A stretch of DNA of 64,000 nucleotides, taken from contig DAIDIE010000001.1 of the NCBI GenBank assembly GCA_027459505.1, positions 26,318 through 90,317 of the forward strand, written 5' to 3'. Below the pieces are notes generated by a model. The model did not search any database. It saw only the letters and a program-made list of their open reading frames with translations, and was not told the DNA's origin. Both the position numbers and the translations under genes were made by a program. Origin of the DNA: Acidobacteriota bacterium (GTDB taxonomy: Bacteria; Acidobacteriota; Terriglobia; Terriglobales; SCQP01). Shown in pieces: positions 28,150 through 39,338 of this stretch (its first letter is position 1; every line of letters starts with the position of its first letter).

Positions 28150-28419
28150 CCGGTCCAGCCTTCCGCCTGGCAGGCGCCCTCGAAAACCACTCTCTCCACT
28201 GGTCGATTCCTTGCCCCGCTTCCGGTGAAACCGCGAAACCGGCGAGGCCGCGCGCATCTCCCATGCGCCCCACGCCACCAAGCCAGGCCTCACTGCTGGA
28301 ACTCGGGCGCGAGAGCGTCGCCCTTCCCACAAAAGATCGCGGCGGGTGGAAGGGCGCTCTGTTTCAGCCGCGCAAGCCGGCTTCGATATCCGCCGCCTCT
28401 GCCCGCTTCCGCTTCCTCT

Positions 28420-29247
28420 CTACTTCACCGCGACTATGCCCGGAAGGCATGCCTGTGCGATCAATACGCTCCCGTCCTGCGCGATCGCCCGCATCTGCTT
28501 AAGCAGCTCATTGAGCTCCTCCGCCGTGGCCACTCCCGTGCGCACCATAACAGGAACCGTTTCCGCGAAAGTGTGCTCCCATAGTTGCTTCTCAGGGCCG
28601 CTCAAATAGGCAGGCTGCTCCAGATAGACCCGTATTGATTGAAACCCGGCGCCGGCGGCCGCGGCTGGCAATCGTACGCCGAAGTCGTAGTCCACTCCAA
28701 GTTTCAGTCCCATGGCCATGCCGAGTTGAACGAAGCGGGTGTAGGCAGCGGACTCCGGGGAGCAAAAGACGCTTGAAAGCTTCAAATCCTGGCAAACCAG
28801 TACGCCTCCGGGCCTCAGCAAACGATAGGCCTCGGCGATCACCTTTGACGGACTCGTCAGATGACACAACAGCAGCCGCATGTGGACAACATCAAAGCTA
28901 TGCGACGCAAGCCCCGTCTCATAGGCATCCACTTCCAAGTACTCAATGGGAATCGGGTGATCGCATTGCGCGCAATGGCTTTTAGCCACCGCCAACTGCT
29001 CCGGGTTCACGTCACCGGCGAGTACCCTTCCGCTGGTTCCCACCTGGCCTGCCAACCAGCACGATATCGCCCCAATACCACAGGCAAGGTCGAGCACCCG
29101 GCTCCCTTCACGAAGCCCAGCATCATGCAGCATCCGGCGCGTGGATGCCCCATAGACCCGGTCAAGCAACCGCAAACGATTTGCTCCAGCATCTCCAACA
29201 TCGAGCACGTATACGTCGCTGGCAGTTCCCTTGGCGCCGTCCAACAT
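28420..29247 (-). CDS. Class I SAM-dependent methyltransferase
   Basis: Motif I VLDLACGIGAIS, followed by GRVLAGDVNPEQL and LRPGGVLV. Start ATG 29247 (MLDGAKG) is preferred over 29307. Confidence 0.75.
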   Translation of the reverse strand: MLDGAKGTASDVYVLDVGDAGANRLRLLDRVYGASTRRMLHDAGLREGSRVLDLACGIGAISCWLAGQVGTSGRVLAGDVNPEQLAVAKSHCAQCDHPIPIEYLEVDAYETGLASHSFDVVHMRLLLCHLTSPSKVIAEAYRLLRPGGVLVCQDLKLSSVFCSPESAAYTRFVQLGMAMGLKLGVDYDFGVRLPAAAAGAGFQSIRVYLEQPAYLSGPEKQLWEHTFAETVPVMVRTGVATAEELNELLKQMRAIAQDGSVLIAQACLPGIVAVK

Positions 29248-29562
29248 GAGTAACACTCCTTTGCGAGCGCGAAAATAGACCGGGACCAGCTCTGATGCAA
29301 ACAACAACGCAGTGGGGCGGAGATCATCTTAACAGGTAAAGGCACGGCCTCTTAGCTTGAGGCCCCCTGGCCAATCTTCCTTTTGGGATCGCATCCCCCA
29401 ACTAATCCAAACCGCGGCTTTATCAAGCTCCGCTGGCGCGTCCTCCGGTGAGGTCCCGAATCCGCCCGGACCGCCCCCCTCTCCCGGGTGAGGGGGCCGC
29501 CGTTCGGAATTGCACCTCTGAACAAAGTCGAGCGATTCCCCCGCCCGCCCCGGGCATGGCCA

Positions 29563-29585
29563 TATATACCCCCAAGGGGTATATA
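29563..29585. promoter_or_regulatory. CsoR-type operator overlapping the copZ promoter
   Basis: Perfect 10-bp inverted repeat TATATACCCC-CAA-GGGGTATATA. It lies 22 nt upstream of the copZ ATG (AGGAGG RBS at 29593-29598). TATA-rich hexamers inside the arms could serve as the -10. A GC-core flanked by AT arms is the known architecture of CsoR operators. Confidence 0.65.
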
Positions 29586-29606
29586 ATCGTGTAGGAGGAT
29601 CCCTAG

Positions 29607-29813
29607 ATGGCACAACTTCAACTCAACATCTCTGGCATGAGCTGCGGCCACTGCGTCCAGTCCGTGCGCAAAGCCCTGACCTCCCTGCCCGGCGTGGAAA
29701 TCAAAAACGTCGAGGTCGGGCGCGCCGAGGTGGACTACGATCCCGCTCAGGTGCAGCCCGCTCAAATCGTCAGCGCCATCGATCGCCAGGGCTTCCAAGC
29801 ACACCAGAACTAA
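29607..29813 (+). CDS. copZ: Copper chaperone CopZ (HMA domain)
   Basis: 68 aa with GMSCGHCV metal-binding motif and a strong RBS. Confidence 0.9.
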   Translation: MAQLQLNISGMSCGHCVQSVRKALTSLPGVEIKNVEVGRAEVDYDPAQVQPAQIVSAIDRQGFQAHQN

Positions 29814-29856
29814 CGCCATGAATGCCGGCTCGTACGCGCGGCCTTAAAGGAGCGCT

Positions 29857-30255
29857 ATGAACATTGCCGTCACAACCATCGCCATTGCCCTGATCGTTTG
29901 GGTGAACTGGTACTTCCTGTTTGCGGGTCGTGCCCCCGTCCCAGCCGCGATCTCCACCCCGCTGGCGACTTCAGGAACGGTGCCGGCGCAAGCGGCTCAG
30001 GAGATCACCATTCGCGTCGAGGGCGGCTACGATCCCAGCAGCATCGCCGTCCGCGCCGGGCAGCCTGTGCGCCTGGTCTTTGATCGCCGCGAGGATAACC
30101 CCTGCAGCGCGGAGATCGTCTTCCCCGACTTCCGCATTCGCAAACCGCTGGCCGCCTTTGCTTCCACCAGCGTCGAGTTCACGCCCCCGCGCCCGGGAAC
30201 GTATGAGTTTAGCTGCGGCATGGGCATGCTGCACGGCCGTGTGATCGCCAGCTAG
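29857..30255 (+). CDS. Membrane-anchored cupredoxin-like domain protein
   Basis: N-terminal TM helix ([20 protein letters not shown]), then a ~90-aa domain ending [14 protein letters not shown] (Cys/Met/His ligand-like pattern). Located between copZ and copA. Confidence 0.65.
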   Translation: MNIAVTTIAIALIVWVNWYFLFAGRAPVPAAISTPLATSGTVPAQAAQEITIRVEGGYDPSSIAVRAGQPVRLVFDRREDNPCSAEIVFPDFRIRKPLAAFASTSVEFTPPRPGTYEFSCGMGMLHGRVIAS

Positions 30256-30281
30256 ATGCCCACACAGAGGAGGCAGGACCT

Positions 30282-32894
30282 ATGCCAACAAGTCAGACCA
30301 AGCCGGTAGCCACCGAACTTGCGGTGACGGGAATGACCTGCGCCTCCTGCGTCGCACGTGTGGAGAAGACGCTGAAGCGCCTGCCCGGCGTTGAAGACGC
30401 CGCCGTCAATCTCGCCACCAATAAAGCCTCCATCCGTTTCCACCCTGAACAGATCCGGCTGCGGCAACTGGTCGACGCCGTGCGCGAGATCGGCTACGAC
30501 GCGCCCCTCACCACCAGCACTTTTCAGGTCAGTGGCTTGGAAATGACCCAGGACCCACAACCGCTGCAGCGCGCCGTCGCCAGCCTTCCCGGCGTCGCCT
30601 CAGCGCAGCTCAATTTGGCCAGTGGCGAACTCCGCGTCGAGCACACCGGCAACCTGAGGTCCGAGATCATCCGGATAGTCGAGCAGCGCGGCTTTCAGGT
30701 AGCGGAGCGCGGTGCCCCGGAGACTGACCCCGCGGCCCACGAACACGCCCATGACTACGCCGATGCCGAGACCAGCCGCCTGCGCACGCGCTTTTGGGTG
30801 GCGCTGGCCGCCAGCGCCGTCGTGATGTTCTTCTCCATGCTGCTGCAGGCCTCCCTGCCCCGCATGGCGGGCGCAACGCTTTCCGATCCGCTGATGAAGT
30901 GGATGTCGCCGCTCAGCCACGCCTTGCTGCAGGCCTTGGGCGGCGCCCCCCTCTGGACGCCCGGCCTGCTGCGCTGGCTCCTCCTGCTGCTCACACTCCC
31001 GGTCGTCGGTTGGGCGGGACGGCATTTCTATGTCCGCGCCTGGAAGGCCTTCCGTCACCACGCCGCGGATATGAACACCCTCATCGCCGTGGGAACCGCC
31101 GCCGCTTTTCTCTTCTCCCTGATCTCTACCCTGGCGCCCACGCTGTTCACTCATCACGGCCTGGCCGCGGACGTCTACTACGAAGCCGTTGACTGGATCA
31201 TTGCCCTGATCCTGCTCGGCAACTGGATGGAGAGCCGCGCCCGCCGCCAGACCGCCGGCGCCATCCGCTCCCTCATCAAACTGCAAAGCCGCACCGCGCA
31301 CCTGCTGCGCGACGGCCAGGAATCTGAAGTTCCCGTCGACGCGCTGCAACCCGGCGACCTGGTCCGCATCCGCCCCGGGGAACGCATTCCCGCCGACGGC
31401 CTCGTCCGTGAAGGCGCCAGCAGCGTCGATGAAAGCATGCTTACCGGCGAATCCATGCCGGTCGAAAAGCAGCCCGGCGCCGAGCTCATAGGCGGCACCG
31501 TGAACGGCAACGGCGGACTCGTCGCCGAGCTGCGCCGCGTCGGAGAGCAAACCACCCTGGCGCAGATTGTGCGCCTGGTGGAACAAGCGCAGGGCTCCAA
31601 GGCCCCCGTCCAGCGCCTCGCCGACCGCGTCGCCGGCGTCTTCGTCCCGGTGGTCATCTCCCTTGCCATTGCCACCTTCGCCATCTGGTTTGATTTCGGT
31701 CCCTCGCCCCACCTGCTCTGGGCCTTTCTCACCGGCGTCACCGTGCTCGTCATTGCCTGCCCCTGCGCCATGGGACTGGCCGTACCCACTGCGGTGATGG
31801 TGGGCACCGGACAGGGCGCACGCCAGGGTGTGCTGATCCGCGGCGGAGAAGCACTGGAAAAATTGCAGGCGGTGCGCACCATCGTGCTCGATAAAACGGG
31901 AACCATCACCGCCGGACGCCCCGAAGTTACGGACCTGCTGCCCACGCAGGCATCCAGCGAGCCCGAACTGCTCGCCACCGCCGCCTCTCTCGAAGCGCAC
32001 TCCGAACATCCCCTGGGGCAAGCGATTGTCCGCGCCGCACAGAGCCGCGGGTTGCCCCTTGCGGAAATCGACGGCTTCACCGCCATTCCCGGCAAGGGCA
32101 TTCATGGCCAAAGCCGCGGTACCGCTGAGACATTGCTGGTGGGCAGTGACGCCTACATCGCCTCAGCATTTCCGGAAGCCTCCAACGCCCGCACGGCCGC
32201 AGCCACGACCCTTGCGCAGTGGGCCAGCCAGGGCAAAACAATCGTCGGCGCGGCTCGCGGAACACGCTTGCTCGGCTGGTTGGCCGTTGCCGACCCGATT
32301 AAGCCCGGCTCCGCCGATGCCATCCGGAGTCTGCGCCACCTCGGCCTGCGCCTCGTAATGCTCACCGGCGATGCGCCCGCCACCGCGCAGGCCATTGCCT
32401 CCCAGTTGGGCATTGAGGAAGTGCGCGCGGGCGTGCTGCCGGCCGGCAAAGCTGACGAGGTGCGCCGCTTGCAGCAACAGGGGCTCAGCGTTGCCATGGT
32501 TGGTGATGGCATAAACGATGCCCCCGCCCTCGCGCAGGCCGATGTGGGCGTCGCCATTGGCACCGGCACTGATGTCGCCATGGAAGCCAGCGACGTCACC
32601 CTGGTACGCGGCGATTTGCGTGCCCTGCTGCGCGCCATCCTGCTCTCGCGCCGGACCATGCGGATCATCCGCCAAAACCTGTTTTGGGCCTTCGGATACA
32701 ACGTGATCGGCATCCCCATTGCCGCCGGCCTGTTGTATCCCGCCTTTCACATTTTGCTGTCCCCAGTACTGGCCAGTGCGGCCATGGCTTTCAGTTCGGT
32801 AAGCGTGGTCAGCAACAGCCTGCGCCTGCGCCACACCGGGGGTGATGAGCGGTTTGCCGGCCAAAGCCAACTCCGCGCCAGGACAACCGCCTAG
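30282..32894 (+). CDS. copA: Copper-translocating P1B-type ATPase
   Basis: HMA with GMTCASCV, a second HMA-like repeat lacking CxxC, TGES (LTGESMPV), CPC (ACPCAMGLA), DKTGT, and GDGINDAP. Confidence 0.95.
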   Translation: MPTSQTKPVATELAVTGMTCASCVARVEKTLKRLPGVEDAAVNLATNKASIRFHPEQIRLRQLVDAVREIGYDAPLTTSTFQVSGLEMTQDPQPLQRAVASLPGVASAQLNLASGELRVEHTGNLRSEIIRIVEQRGFQVAERGAPETDPAAHEHAHDYADAETSRLRTRFWVALAASAVVMFFSMLLQASLPRMAGATLSDPLMKWMSPLSHALLQALGGAPLWTPGLLRWLLLLLTLPVVGWAGRHFYVRAWKAFRHHAADMNTLIAVGTAAAFLFSLISTLAPTLFTHHGLAADVYYEAVDWIIALILLGNWMESRARRQTAGAIRSLIKLQSRTAHLLRDGQESEVPVDALQPGDLVRIRPGERIPADGLVREGASSVDESMLTGESMPVEKQPGAELIGGTVNGNGGLVAELRRVGEQTTLAQIVRLVEQAQGSKAPVQRLADRVAGVFVPVVISLAIATFAIWFDFGPSPHLLWAFLTGVTVLVIACPCAMGLAVPTAVMVGTGQGARQGVLIRGGEALEKLQAVRTIVLDKTGTITAGRPEVTDLLPTQASSEPELLATAASLEAHSEHPLGQAIVRAAQSRGLPLAEIDGFTAIPGKGIHGQSRGTAETLLVGSDAYIASAFPEASNARTAAATTLAQWASQGKTIVGAARGTRLLGWLAVADPIKPGSADAIRSLRHLGLRLVMLTGDAPATAQAIASQLGIEEVRAGVLPAGKADEVRRLQQQGLSVAMVGDGINDAPALAQADVGVAIGTGTDVAMEASDVTLVRGDLRALLRAILLSRRTMRIIRQNLFWAFGYNVIGIPIAAGLLYPAFHILLSPVLASAAMAFSSVSVVSNSLRLRHTGGDERFAGQSQLRARTTA

Positions 32895-33026
32895 AATTGC
32901 CCATACCGGCGCACAAGACCACCGGCCGCCCGGCTAGCACGCCGCGAGCTTCGGCTCGCCGAACCGGAGAACTGGAACGATCGCTACTCGGCCGCTTTCC
33001 CCCGGAAGCGCCGCAAGGAGAATGCA

Positions 33027-33383
33027 GTGACCAGAACCAGCAAGCAAGCTAACCTCTGCTGCTCGCCGCCGCGCCATGCGGTCGGACCCGGCGGCCACGC
33101 CAGCAGCGTCGATGCCGAGGTGCAAAAGCGTCTGCTCAATCGCTTGAAACGCGCCGAGGGACAAGTCCGCGGTGTCCAGCGCATGATCGAAGAGGGACGC
33201 TATTGTCCCGATATCCTCGGACAGCTCTCCGCCCTCAATGAGTCCTTGCGCGCCGCTGCCCGCGAACTGCTGCGCCATCACCTCGAACACTGCGCCACCG
33301 AGGCCATCCGCTCCGGAGACCAGCAACGCGCCCGCGACGCCTACGAGGAGATCACCGCCATCTTCACCCGCTACGCGCGCTGA
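33027..33383 (+). CDS. csoR: CsoR family copper-sensing repressor
   Basis: GTG start with AAGGAG upstream. LNRLKRAEGQVRGVQRMIEEGRYCPDIL...HHLEHC carries the C-H-C ligand signature of CsoR. Confidence 0.85.
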   Translation: MTRTSKQANLCCSPPRHAVGPGGHASSVDAEVQKRLLNRLKRAEGQVRGVQRMIEEGRYCPDILGQLSALNESLRAAARELLRHHLEHCATEAIRSGDQQRARDAYEEITAIFTRYAR

Positions 33384-33407
33384 GCGCGGCATCTAAAGGA
33401 AAATCCC

Positions 33408-34250
33408 TCAGCCCTCGAACACCCAGTTGTCAATCAATCGTGTCTTTCCGCAGAAGGCAGCCACTGCGAACAATGCCGGCGCCGCCAACTCCTGCCGCGG
33501 CAACAGGGTATCCGGATCGACCGCCTCGTAATAATCCAGCTTCAGGCCCGGCGTCTCCGCAATGCGCGCGCGCGCATTGCCCAGCAGCATCCCCAGCCGC
33601 CGCTCGCCGCTCCGCACGGCGTCCTCAATTTCGCGCAGCGACGCCGGAATCGCCAGCGCGGCGCGGCGCTCCTCCGCCTTCAGGTACGCGTTGCGCGAGC
33701 TCAACGCCAGCCCATCCGCATCGCGCACGATCGGGCACGCAACAATTTCCACGGGTACATTCAAGTCCCGCACCATGCGCCGGATCACCGCCAACTGCGC
33801 CGCGTCCTTCTGCCCAAAGTAGGCGCGGCTGGGCAATGTCCACAACAGCAGCTTCAACACCACCGTCGCCACCCCGCGGAAATGCCCGGGGCGGCTCGCC
33901 CCGCACAGCCGTCCCCCCAGCCCTTCAACTTCGACAAACGTGGCAAACCCGTTGGGATAAACCGCCGCCGCCTCGGGCGCCAGCACCAGGTCGACCCCTT
34001 CGCTCCGTAACAGTTCGCAGTCCCCCTCCAACTGCCGCGGATAGCGCGCCAGATCTTCATTGGGCCCAAACTGGGTGGGGTTCACAAAAATGCTGACTGC
34101 GCAGAACCGGTCCCGCGCTTTGGCCGCGCGTACCAGCGCGACATGTCCCGCATGCAGCGCTCCCATGGTGGGCACAAACCCAAGGCTGCCCTGCTCCCGC
34201 AGCGCCGCGCAGCCGCGGGAATACTCTTCCGGATGGCTGAAAATTTCCAT
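33408..34250 (-). CDS. panC: Pantoate--beta-alanine ligase
   Basis: GFVPTMGALHAGHVALV, SIFVNPTQF and GHFRGVATVV motifs. ATG 34250 lies 2 nt after the upstream stop. The track start at 34382 is over-extended. Confidence 0.9.
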   Translation of the reverse strand: MEIFSHPEEYSRGCAALREQGSLGFVPTMGALHAGHVALVRAAKARDRFCAVSIFVNPTQFGPNEDLARYPRQLEGDCELLRSEGVDLVLAPEAAAVYPNGFATFVEVEGLGGRLCGASRPGHFRGVATVVLKLLLWTLPSRAYFGQKDAAQLAVIRRMVRDLNVPVEIVACPIVRDADGLALSSRNAYLKAEERRAALAIPASLREIEDAVRSGERRLGMLLGNARARIAETPGLKLDYYEAVDPDTLLPRQELAAPALFAVAAFCGKTRLIDNWVFEG

Positions 34251-34252
34251 GC

Positions 34253-35419
34253 TCAGGACTGAACCTTTTCCAGCGTGAACACCACCACCTCCGGTTGCGT
34301 TCCCTGCCGCATCGGAGGTCCCCACGTGCCCGCCCCTGATGAGGTATAAACCCACATCCGCCCGAAGCGCCGCAGTCCCCACGTAAATTCTCGAAAGACG
34401 CGCCGCGTAAACCAGGTAAACGGAAACACCTGCCCGCGATGTGTGTGCCCCGACAGCTGCAGCCCAAAGCCAGCCTCTTCGGCGGCGCTCAGGTGGTGTG
34501 GCACGTGCAGCAGCAGGATCGCCGCCCGTTCCGTATCCACGCGCAACGACTCCAGCACCGCGCGGTAGCGCTGTTCGTTCACTGAGCTGGGATAGCTAAC
34601 GCCCGCCACCTGGAGTTCTTCAAGCTCCCGCAGTTCATCCGAGAGAATCGAGATGCCGGCGTTTTCCAATGCGCGGTGAAAACTCGAAGCGCCCAGAAAT
34701 TCGTCATGGTTGCCACTGGTAAACCAGCTTCCCAACGGCGGCCGCACCTCCACCCAGGCCGTCAGCATCGCCTCCGCATCCACCGGGGTGCCATCAAACA
34801 AGTCCCCGGCGATAAAGACAACGTCGGGTTCCAGACCGCGCAACACTCCGGCCAGCTTGCGCAGAAAGCGCGCACCCCGTACGTGCCCCAGGTGTATATC
34901 GCTGACCAGCGCCGCCCTCCTCCCATGCCAGTTCTCCGGCAGACCGGCGAGCGGAAGCCGCACATGCCTCACCCGTGTCCAGCCGGCATTGATCAGCGCA
35001 TAGACACTCAGCAGCAACGCCGCGCCGTAATACCCAATCAGCATGTCCCGCCGCGGCCAGTCCAAATGAAACAGCGTCGAGATGCCCCAGCTCGCCCAAA
35101 TCAGCCACGAAGCCCAGAACAGGAAGTTCACCGCGCCCAGCCACACCGCCGCGGCGCTGTAGTACAACCGGTAGAAGGGTGCGCTATGATGCCGCGCCAG
35201 CAGCGAGGCGCTGAGAAAGCTGAGCGACAGCAGACCCAGCAGCAGCGCCGCACATCCAGCCTGAACCGCGCTCAACGGCCAGAAATGACTCACGGTTTCA
35301 AAAATCAGCCAATGGCCAAAGAAGATGATTCCTTGCGCCACCGTGAGAAAGCGCCCTATCCTCCTGCGTCGCCGCGGAGTCGCCTGACTGGGGGTGGCGG
35401 AAACCGGCGGTGCACTCAT
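34253..35419 (-). CDS. Membrane-anchored metallophosphoesterase
   Basis: About 150 aa with 4-5 hydrophobic helices. Then SDIHLGH, GDLFDG, GNHDEF and GHTHRG calcineurin-like phosphoesterase motifs. Confidence 0.8.
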   Translation of the reverse strand: MSAPPVSATPSQATPRRRRRIGRFLTVAQGIIFFGHWLIFETVSHFWPLSAVQAGCAALLLGLLSLSFLSASLLARHHSAPFYRLYYSAAAVWLGAVNFLFWASWLIWASWGISTLFHLDWPRRDMLIGYYGAALLLSVYALINAGWTRVRHVRLPLAGLPENWHGRRAALVSDIHLGHVRGARFLRKLAGVLRGLEPDVVFIAGDLFDGTPVDAEAMLTAWVEVRPPLGSWFTSGNHDEFLGASSFHRALENAGISILSDELRELEELQVAGVSYPSSVNEQRYRAVLESLRVDTERAAILLLHVPHHLSAAEEAGFGLQLSGHTHRGQVFPFTWFTRRVFREFTWGLRRFGRMWVYTSSGAGTWGPPMRQGTQPEVVVFTLEKVQS

Positions 35420-36306
35420 TGCTTGGCGGCCGAGGCTTGCGTTCTGCCCAGGTGGTAGCTTTCGTCTTGAGAGGGAAAACTGCCCCCCTCCACATCGTGG
35501 CGAAACAGTTCCGCGGCGTGGCGCACCTGCGCGCCCAAGTCGGCGTATGCGCGCACAAACTTCGGCCGCGGCTCCGGCGTCAAACCCAGCAGATCGTGCA
35601 GCACCAGAACCTGCCCGTCACACTGCGGCCCCGCCCCAATCCCGATCGTCGGCACTGGCACGCTGCGCGTGATCTCCGCCGCCAGTTCCGCCGGAATACC
35701 CTCCAGCACCAATGCAAAAATACCCGCCTCCACCAGCACTGCGGCGTCGTCCAGCAGTTGTTTGGCCTGCTCCGGCGAGCGGCCCTGTACCTTGTAGCCG
35801 CCCATGGCGTGCAGCGATTGCGGAGTCAACCCGATATGGCCCATGACGGGAATCTCAGCTTCCACCAGCGCGCGCACCGCCGCCGCCCGCCGCCGCCCTC
35901 CCTCCAGCTTCACCGCCTCCGCTCCACCCTCTTTGATAAAGCGGATGCCGGTCTTCACCGCCTGCCGCGGACTCAGCTGATACGATCCGTACGGCAGATC
36001 CCCAATCACCAGCGCGCGACGGGTCACGCGGCTGACCGCGCGCGTCGCCCACAACATCTCTTCCACCGTGATCGGAAGCGTCGAGGCATACCCCTGCGCC
36101 GTCATGGCAAAAGAGTCACCCACCAGCAGCAGGTCAATCCCGCTCTCATCCAGCAGGCGCGCAAAGCTGGCGTCATAGGCGGTCAGACAGGTGATTTTCT
36201 CGCCGCGCTGCTTCTTTGCCGCGCAGCTATGCACCGTGACTTTCAGTTGGGAAGGACTGACAACGCCCGCCGCTTGCGAGCGCGTCGATAGAGGCTGCAG
36301 GCTCAT
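35416..36306 (-). CDS. panB: 3-methyl-2-oxobutanoate hydroxymethyltransferase
   Basis: KITCLTAYDASFARLLDESGIDLLLVGDS, KLEGG and GHIGLTPQ motifs. ATG 36306. The stop overlaps the next start (35416-35419). Confidence 0.9.
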   Translation of the reverse strand: MSLQPLSTRSQAAGVVSPSQLKVTVHSCAAKKQRGEKITCLTAYDASFARLLDESGIDLLLVGDSFAMTAQGYASTLPITVEEMLWATRAVSRVTRRALVIGDLPYGSYQLSPRQAVKTGIRFIKEGGAEAVKLEGGRRRAAAVRALVEAEIPVMGHIGLTPQSLHAMGGYKVQGRSPEQAKQLLDDAAVLVEAGIFALVLEGIPAELAAEITRSVPVPTIGIGAGPQCDGQVLVLHDLLGLTPEPRPKFVRAYADLGAQVRHAAELFRHDVEGGSFPSQDESYHLGRTQASAAKQ

Positions 36307-36474
36307 GATTTTGGTGCTCGTCCCATCGCCCGGGATCGAGTCCTCCTGTCTTCGAGTTGGAAACGCATGGTGCCTGTCCAGCCGCGGTGTGCTTGCGCCC
36401 CCACTGGCTGCAATCAGGCCCAATTGCTATGGTAGCGCCGTTTTCCGCCGCTCCGTTCCCGCCCTCGCCCGCCT

Positions 36475-37125
36475 TCAGCCTTGTGAACCCAGTGGCAAAA
36501 AGTACTGCGTCCCGTGGATCGGTTCTGAAACCCGCTGCAGCAAGGCCTGCAGATCAGTGCTGCGCTCCACGAAATCGATCTCGGTCGTGTTGATCACCAG
36601 CAGGTCGCTTTGTGAATAGTGGAAGAAGAAATGGTCGTACGCCTTCACCACCTCTTCCAGATACTCATCCGAAAGTTGCCGCTCGGCGGGAAAGTTCTTG
36701 CGGTTCAACCGCTCCCGCAGCACCTCCGGCGTGGCCTGCAGGTAAATCACCAGGTCCGGCGTGGGCAGCGCCGGGCGGAACAGTTGATAGTACTGGTTGT
36801 AGACCGCCAGATCGTCGTCGCTCAGGTTGATATAGGCAAACAGCTTGTCTTTTTCAAAGATGTAGTCGGCCACCACCGGATCATAGGGACGGCCTGGCCC
36901 CAAAGGACTGAGCTGCTGATAGCGCTGCAGCAGAAAGTGCATCTGCGTCCGCAGCGACGAACCTGGCTCGCCCGCGTAAAAACTCTCCAGAAAGGGATTG
37001 TCTTCCGGCTCCAGAATGCGGCGCGCCTGCATGGTGTCGGCCAGGATACGGGCCAAGGTGCTTTTGCCCACGCGGATGGGCCCTTCTACGGCGATATACC
37101 TGGGCGGTTCGAAAAGCTGAGCCAT
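36475..37125 (-). CDS. Deoxynucleoside kinase family protein
   Basis: YIAVEGPIRVGKSTLARILA P-loop, ...EDNPFLESFY..., and ~215 aa length are typical of the dNK family. Confidence 0.75.
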   Translation of the reverse strand: MAQLFEPPRYIAVEGPIRVGKSTLARILADTMQARRILEPEDNPFLESFYAGEPGSSLRTQMHFLLQRYQQLSPLGPGRPYDPVVADYIFEKDKLFAYINLSDDDLAVYNQYYQLFRPALPTPDLVIYLQATPEVLRERLNRKNFPAERQLSDEYLEEVVKAYDHFFFHYSQSDLLVINTTEIDFVERSTDLQALLQRVSEPIHGTQYFLPLGSQG

Positions 37126-37186
37126 GCGTCTGCAGTCCCCACCGGCGCTGGATGGCCTTGTATGGGTACGAACATTCTACTCTGGA

Positions 37187-37726
37187 TCAACCCCCGCCTG
37201 CCCCTCCAACCAGCCCCTCCTTGAAACGCCGCACCCGCTCCCGCGGCGCGCGCTGCAACAGCGCGGAAATGCTTTTCCCAGTAGCCGGGTCCCGCAATTC
37301 CGGATTCAGCTCCGCCAGCGGCGCCAGCACAAATCGGCGCTGGCGGAAACGCGCATGCGGCACCTGCAGCCCGGCCAGCGAAATCTGCCGCTCGCCCCAC
37401 AGCACAATGTCGAGGTCCAGCGTCCGCGGCCCCTGCTCATTTTCTTTCGTGCGCCGCCGCCCAGCCTCGTGTTCAATTGCGTGCAGACGCCGCAGCAACT
37501 CCTGCGGATCGAGCGGCTCTTCCGCCACCGCTTCCACAACACAGTTCAGAAACCACGGCTGCTCCCGCCTGCCGACCGGCTCGGTCTCGTAAACGCTGGA
37601 AACGCGCAACACGCGCAGCCCCGCCGCTCCCAGTTGCACTAGGGCGCGTCGCAACCAGTCCATGCGGTCGCCAACGTTCGACCCCATTCCGAGGTAAATC
37701 AGTTCGGCCACGGCGCTACTCTTCAA
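37187..37726 (-). CDS. folK: 2-amino-4-hydroxy-6-hydroxymethyldihydropteridine diphosphokinase
   Basis: [34 protein letters not shown] and [15 protein letters not shown]. Confidence 0.85.
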   Translation of the reverse strand: MKSSAVAELIYLGMGSNVGDRMDWLRRALVQLGAAGLRVLRVSSVYETEPVGRREQPWFLNCVVEAVAEEPLDPQELLRRLHAIEHEAGRRRTKENEQGPRTLDLDIVLWGERQISLAGLQVPHARFRQRRFVLAPLAELNPELRDPATGKSISALLQRAPRERVRRFKEGLVGGAGGG

Positions 37727-38780
37727 ATAAACTCGTTTGCGGCGCGGCCGCCGCGCTGGGAGGCTTGATCTTGAAATGCTGGTAGGCCAGTGAGGTCGCC
37801 ACCCGTCCGCGCGGCGTGCGGTTCAGAAACCCGATTTGAATCAGAAACGGTTCGTAGATCTCTTCAATCGCATCCGGCTCCTCCGCCAGCGATGCCGCCA
37901 GCGTGTTCACCCCTACCGGACCGCCTTCATACTTCTGGATCAGCGTCAGCATCAGCCGGCGGTCCGCCTCGTCGAAACCGTACTCATCCACCTCCAGCAT
38001 CGCCAGCGCGTCGTTCGCCACCGGGCCGGTAATGCGCCCCTGCGCTCGCACTTGGGCGTAGTCGCGAACCCGCCGCAATAAACGGTTGGCAATGCGTGGA
38101 GTCCCACGGCAACGGCGCGCCAGCGTGCGAATCCCCTCGTCATCCGCCGGTACGTCCAGAATCCGCGCCGAGCGGTGCAGAATCACCGCCAGTTCTTCCG
38201 GCGTATAAAAATCCAGCCGCAGAATTAATCCGAAGCGCGAACGCAACGGCGATGACAGCAGTCCGGCGCGCGTAGTGGCGGCGACAAACGTAAATGGCTT
38301 CAGATCCAGAGTGTGCGTCCGGGCTGCCGGCCCCTGCCCGATCAGAATGTCGAGCTTGTAATCTTCCAGCGCCGAGTACAGCACCTCTTCCAACTGCGGC
38401 TGCAGCCGGTGCACCTCGTCGAAGAAAAGCACCTGCTTGTCCTGCAGGTTGGTGAGAATTGCCGTGAGGTCGCCTTTGATCTGCAGCAGCGGTCCGGAGG
38501 TCTGCTGAAACGCTACTCCCATCTCCTGCGACACAATCGTCGCCAGCGTCGTTTTCCCCAGCCCCGGTGGCCCATACAGCAGCACGTGATCGAGTGCCTC
38601 GCCCCGGCTGCGCGCCGCGGTGATGGCCAATTCCAACTGCTGCTTGGCCTTCGTTTGGCCCACAAACTCGTCAAAGCGGCTGGGCCGCAGACGTGTCTCA
38701 AAGCTGGCGTCATCCTCGCCCGCCTGCGAGCCCACCAGCCGAGGAGAAGAGGAACGCGCGTCCGGCATGTCCATTAGCAT
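37716..38780 (-). CDS. ruvB: Holliday junction branch migration helicase RuvB
   Basis: [53 protein letters not shown], and the winged-helix C-terminus. Start ATG 38780 (MLMDMPD) is preferred. Confidence 0.9.
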   Translation of the reverse strand: MLMDMPDARSSSPRLVGSQAGEDDASFETRLRPSRFDEFVGQTKAKQQLELAITAARSRGEALDHVLLYGPPGLGKTTLATIVSQEMGVAFQQTSGPLLQIKGDLTAILTNLQDKQVLFFDEVHRLQPQLEEVLYSALEDYKLDILIGQGPAARTHTLDLKPFTFVAATTRAGLLSSPLRSRFGLILRLDFYTPEELAVILHRSARILDVPADDEGIRTLARRCRGTPRIANRLLRRVRDYAQVRAQGRITGPVANDALAMLEVDEYGFDEADRRLMLTLIQKYEGGPVGVNTLAASLAEEPDAIEEIYEPFLIQIGFLNRTPRGRVATSLAYQHFKIKPPSAAAAPQTSLFEE

Positions 38781-38936
38781 ACAGGCAGCGGCAAGCCCCC
38801 GCGCCGTCGTGCACCGGCAAAACGGTACGGCCGCCCTTATCGGGGACTCACCCACTGAAAGCTGTCGAGAAAGCGCGCGCCGCCCGGGCCCGGCCCTGCC
38901 CATCACCCCGCAAGGCCCGAGGCCAACCGCGTCACC

Positions 38937-39338
38937 TCAGTGCGCCGCTAAGGGCACTTTCAGATTCATCACGATGTCACTGCGTGTATCGTAGGCGGAA
39001 ATCTCGCGGGTCGAGCTCTTCTTGCCGTTGTACTCGGCATAAAGCTGGTAGTTCGTATTGGATGCGAGGGCGTGGAATTCGAACTTGCCGTCATCTCCCA
39101 CGATGTAGGAGCGCACCATGTGCGTTTCCGCGTTCTTCAGATACACCACCGCCTTGGGCAGGATGTTGTCGTTGGCGTCCAGCACCACACCGGTAACCGA
39201 TCGCGTACTCTGCGCCAGCAGAACAGTGCTTCCTGGCAACACCAGCAACAGCAGCACCAGCACCACCGCCAGAGCGCGCCCGGGCGCAACCCCACGCCGC
39301 GAAAGTCTCTCATCCGATCTGACCAGCATAGACTTCAT
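38937..39338 (-). CDS. Secreted carboxypeptidase-regulatory-like (CarboxypepD_reg) domain protein
   Basis: Signal peptide (ALAVVLVLLLLVLPGSTVLLAQ), then SVTGVVLDANDNILPKAVVYLKN...DDGKFEFHAL, typical of the transthyretin-like CarboxypepD_reg fold. Confidence 0.6.
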   Translation of the reverse strand: MKSMLVRSDERLSRRGVAPGRALAVVLVLLLLVLPGSTVLLAQSTRSVTGVVLDANDNILPKAVVYLKNAETHMVRSYIVGDDGKFEFHALASNTNYQLYAEYNGKKSSTREISAYDTRSDIVMNLKVPLAAH

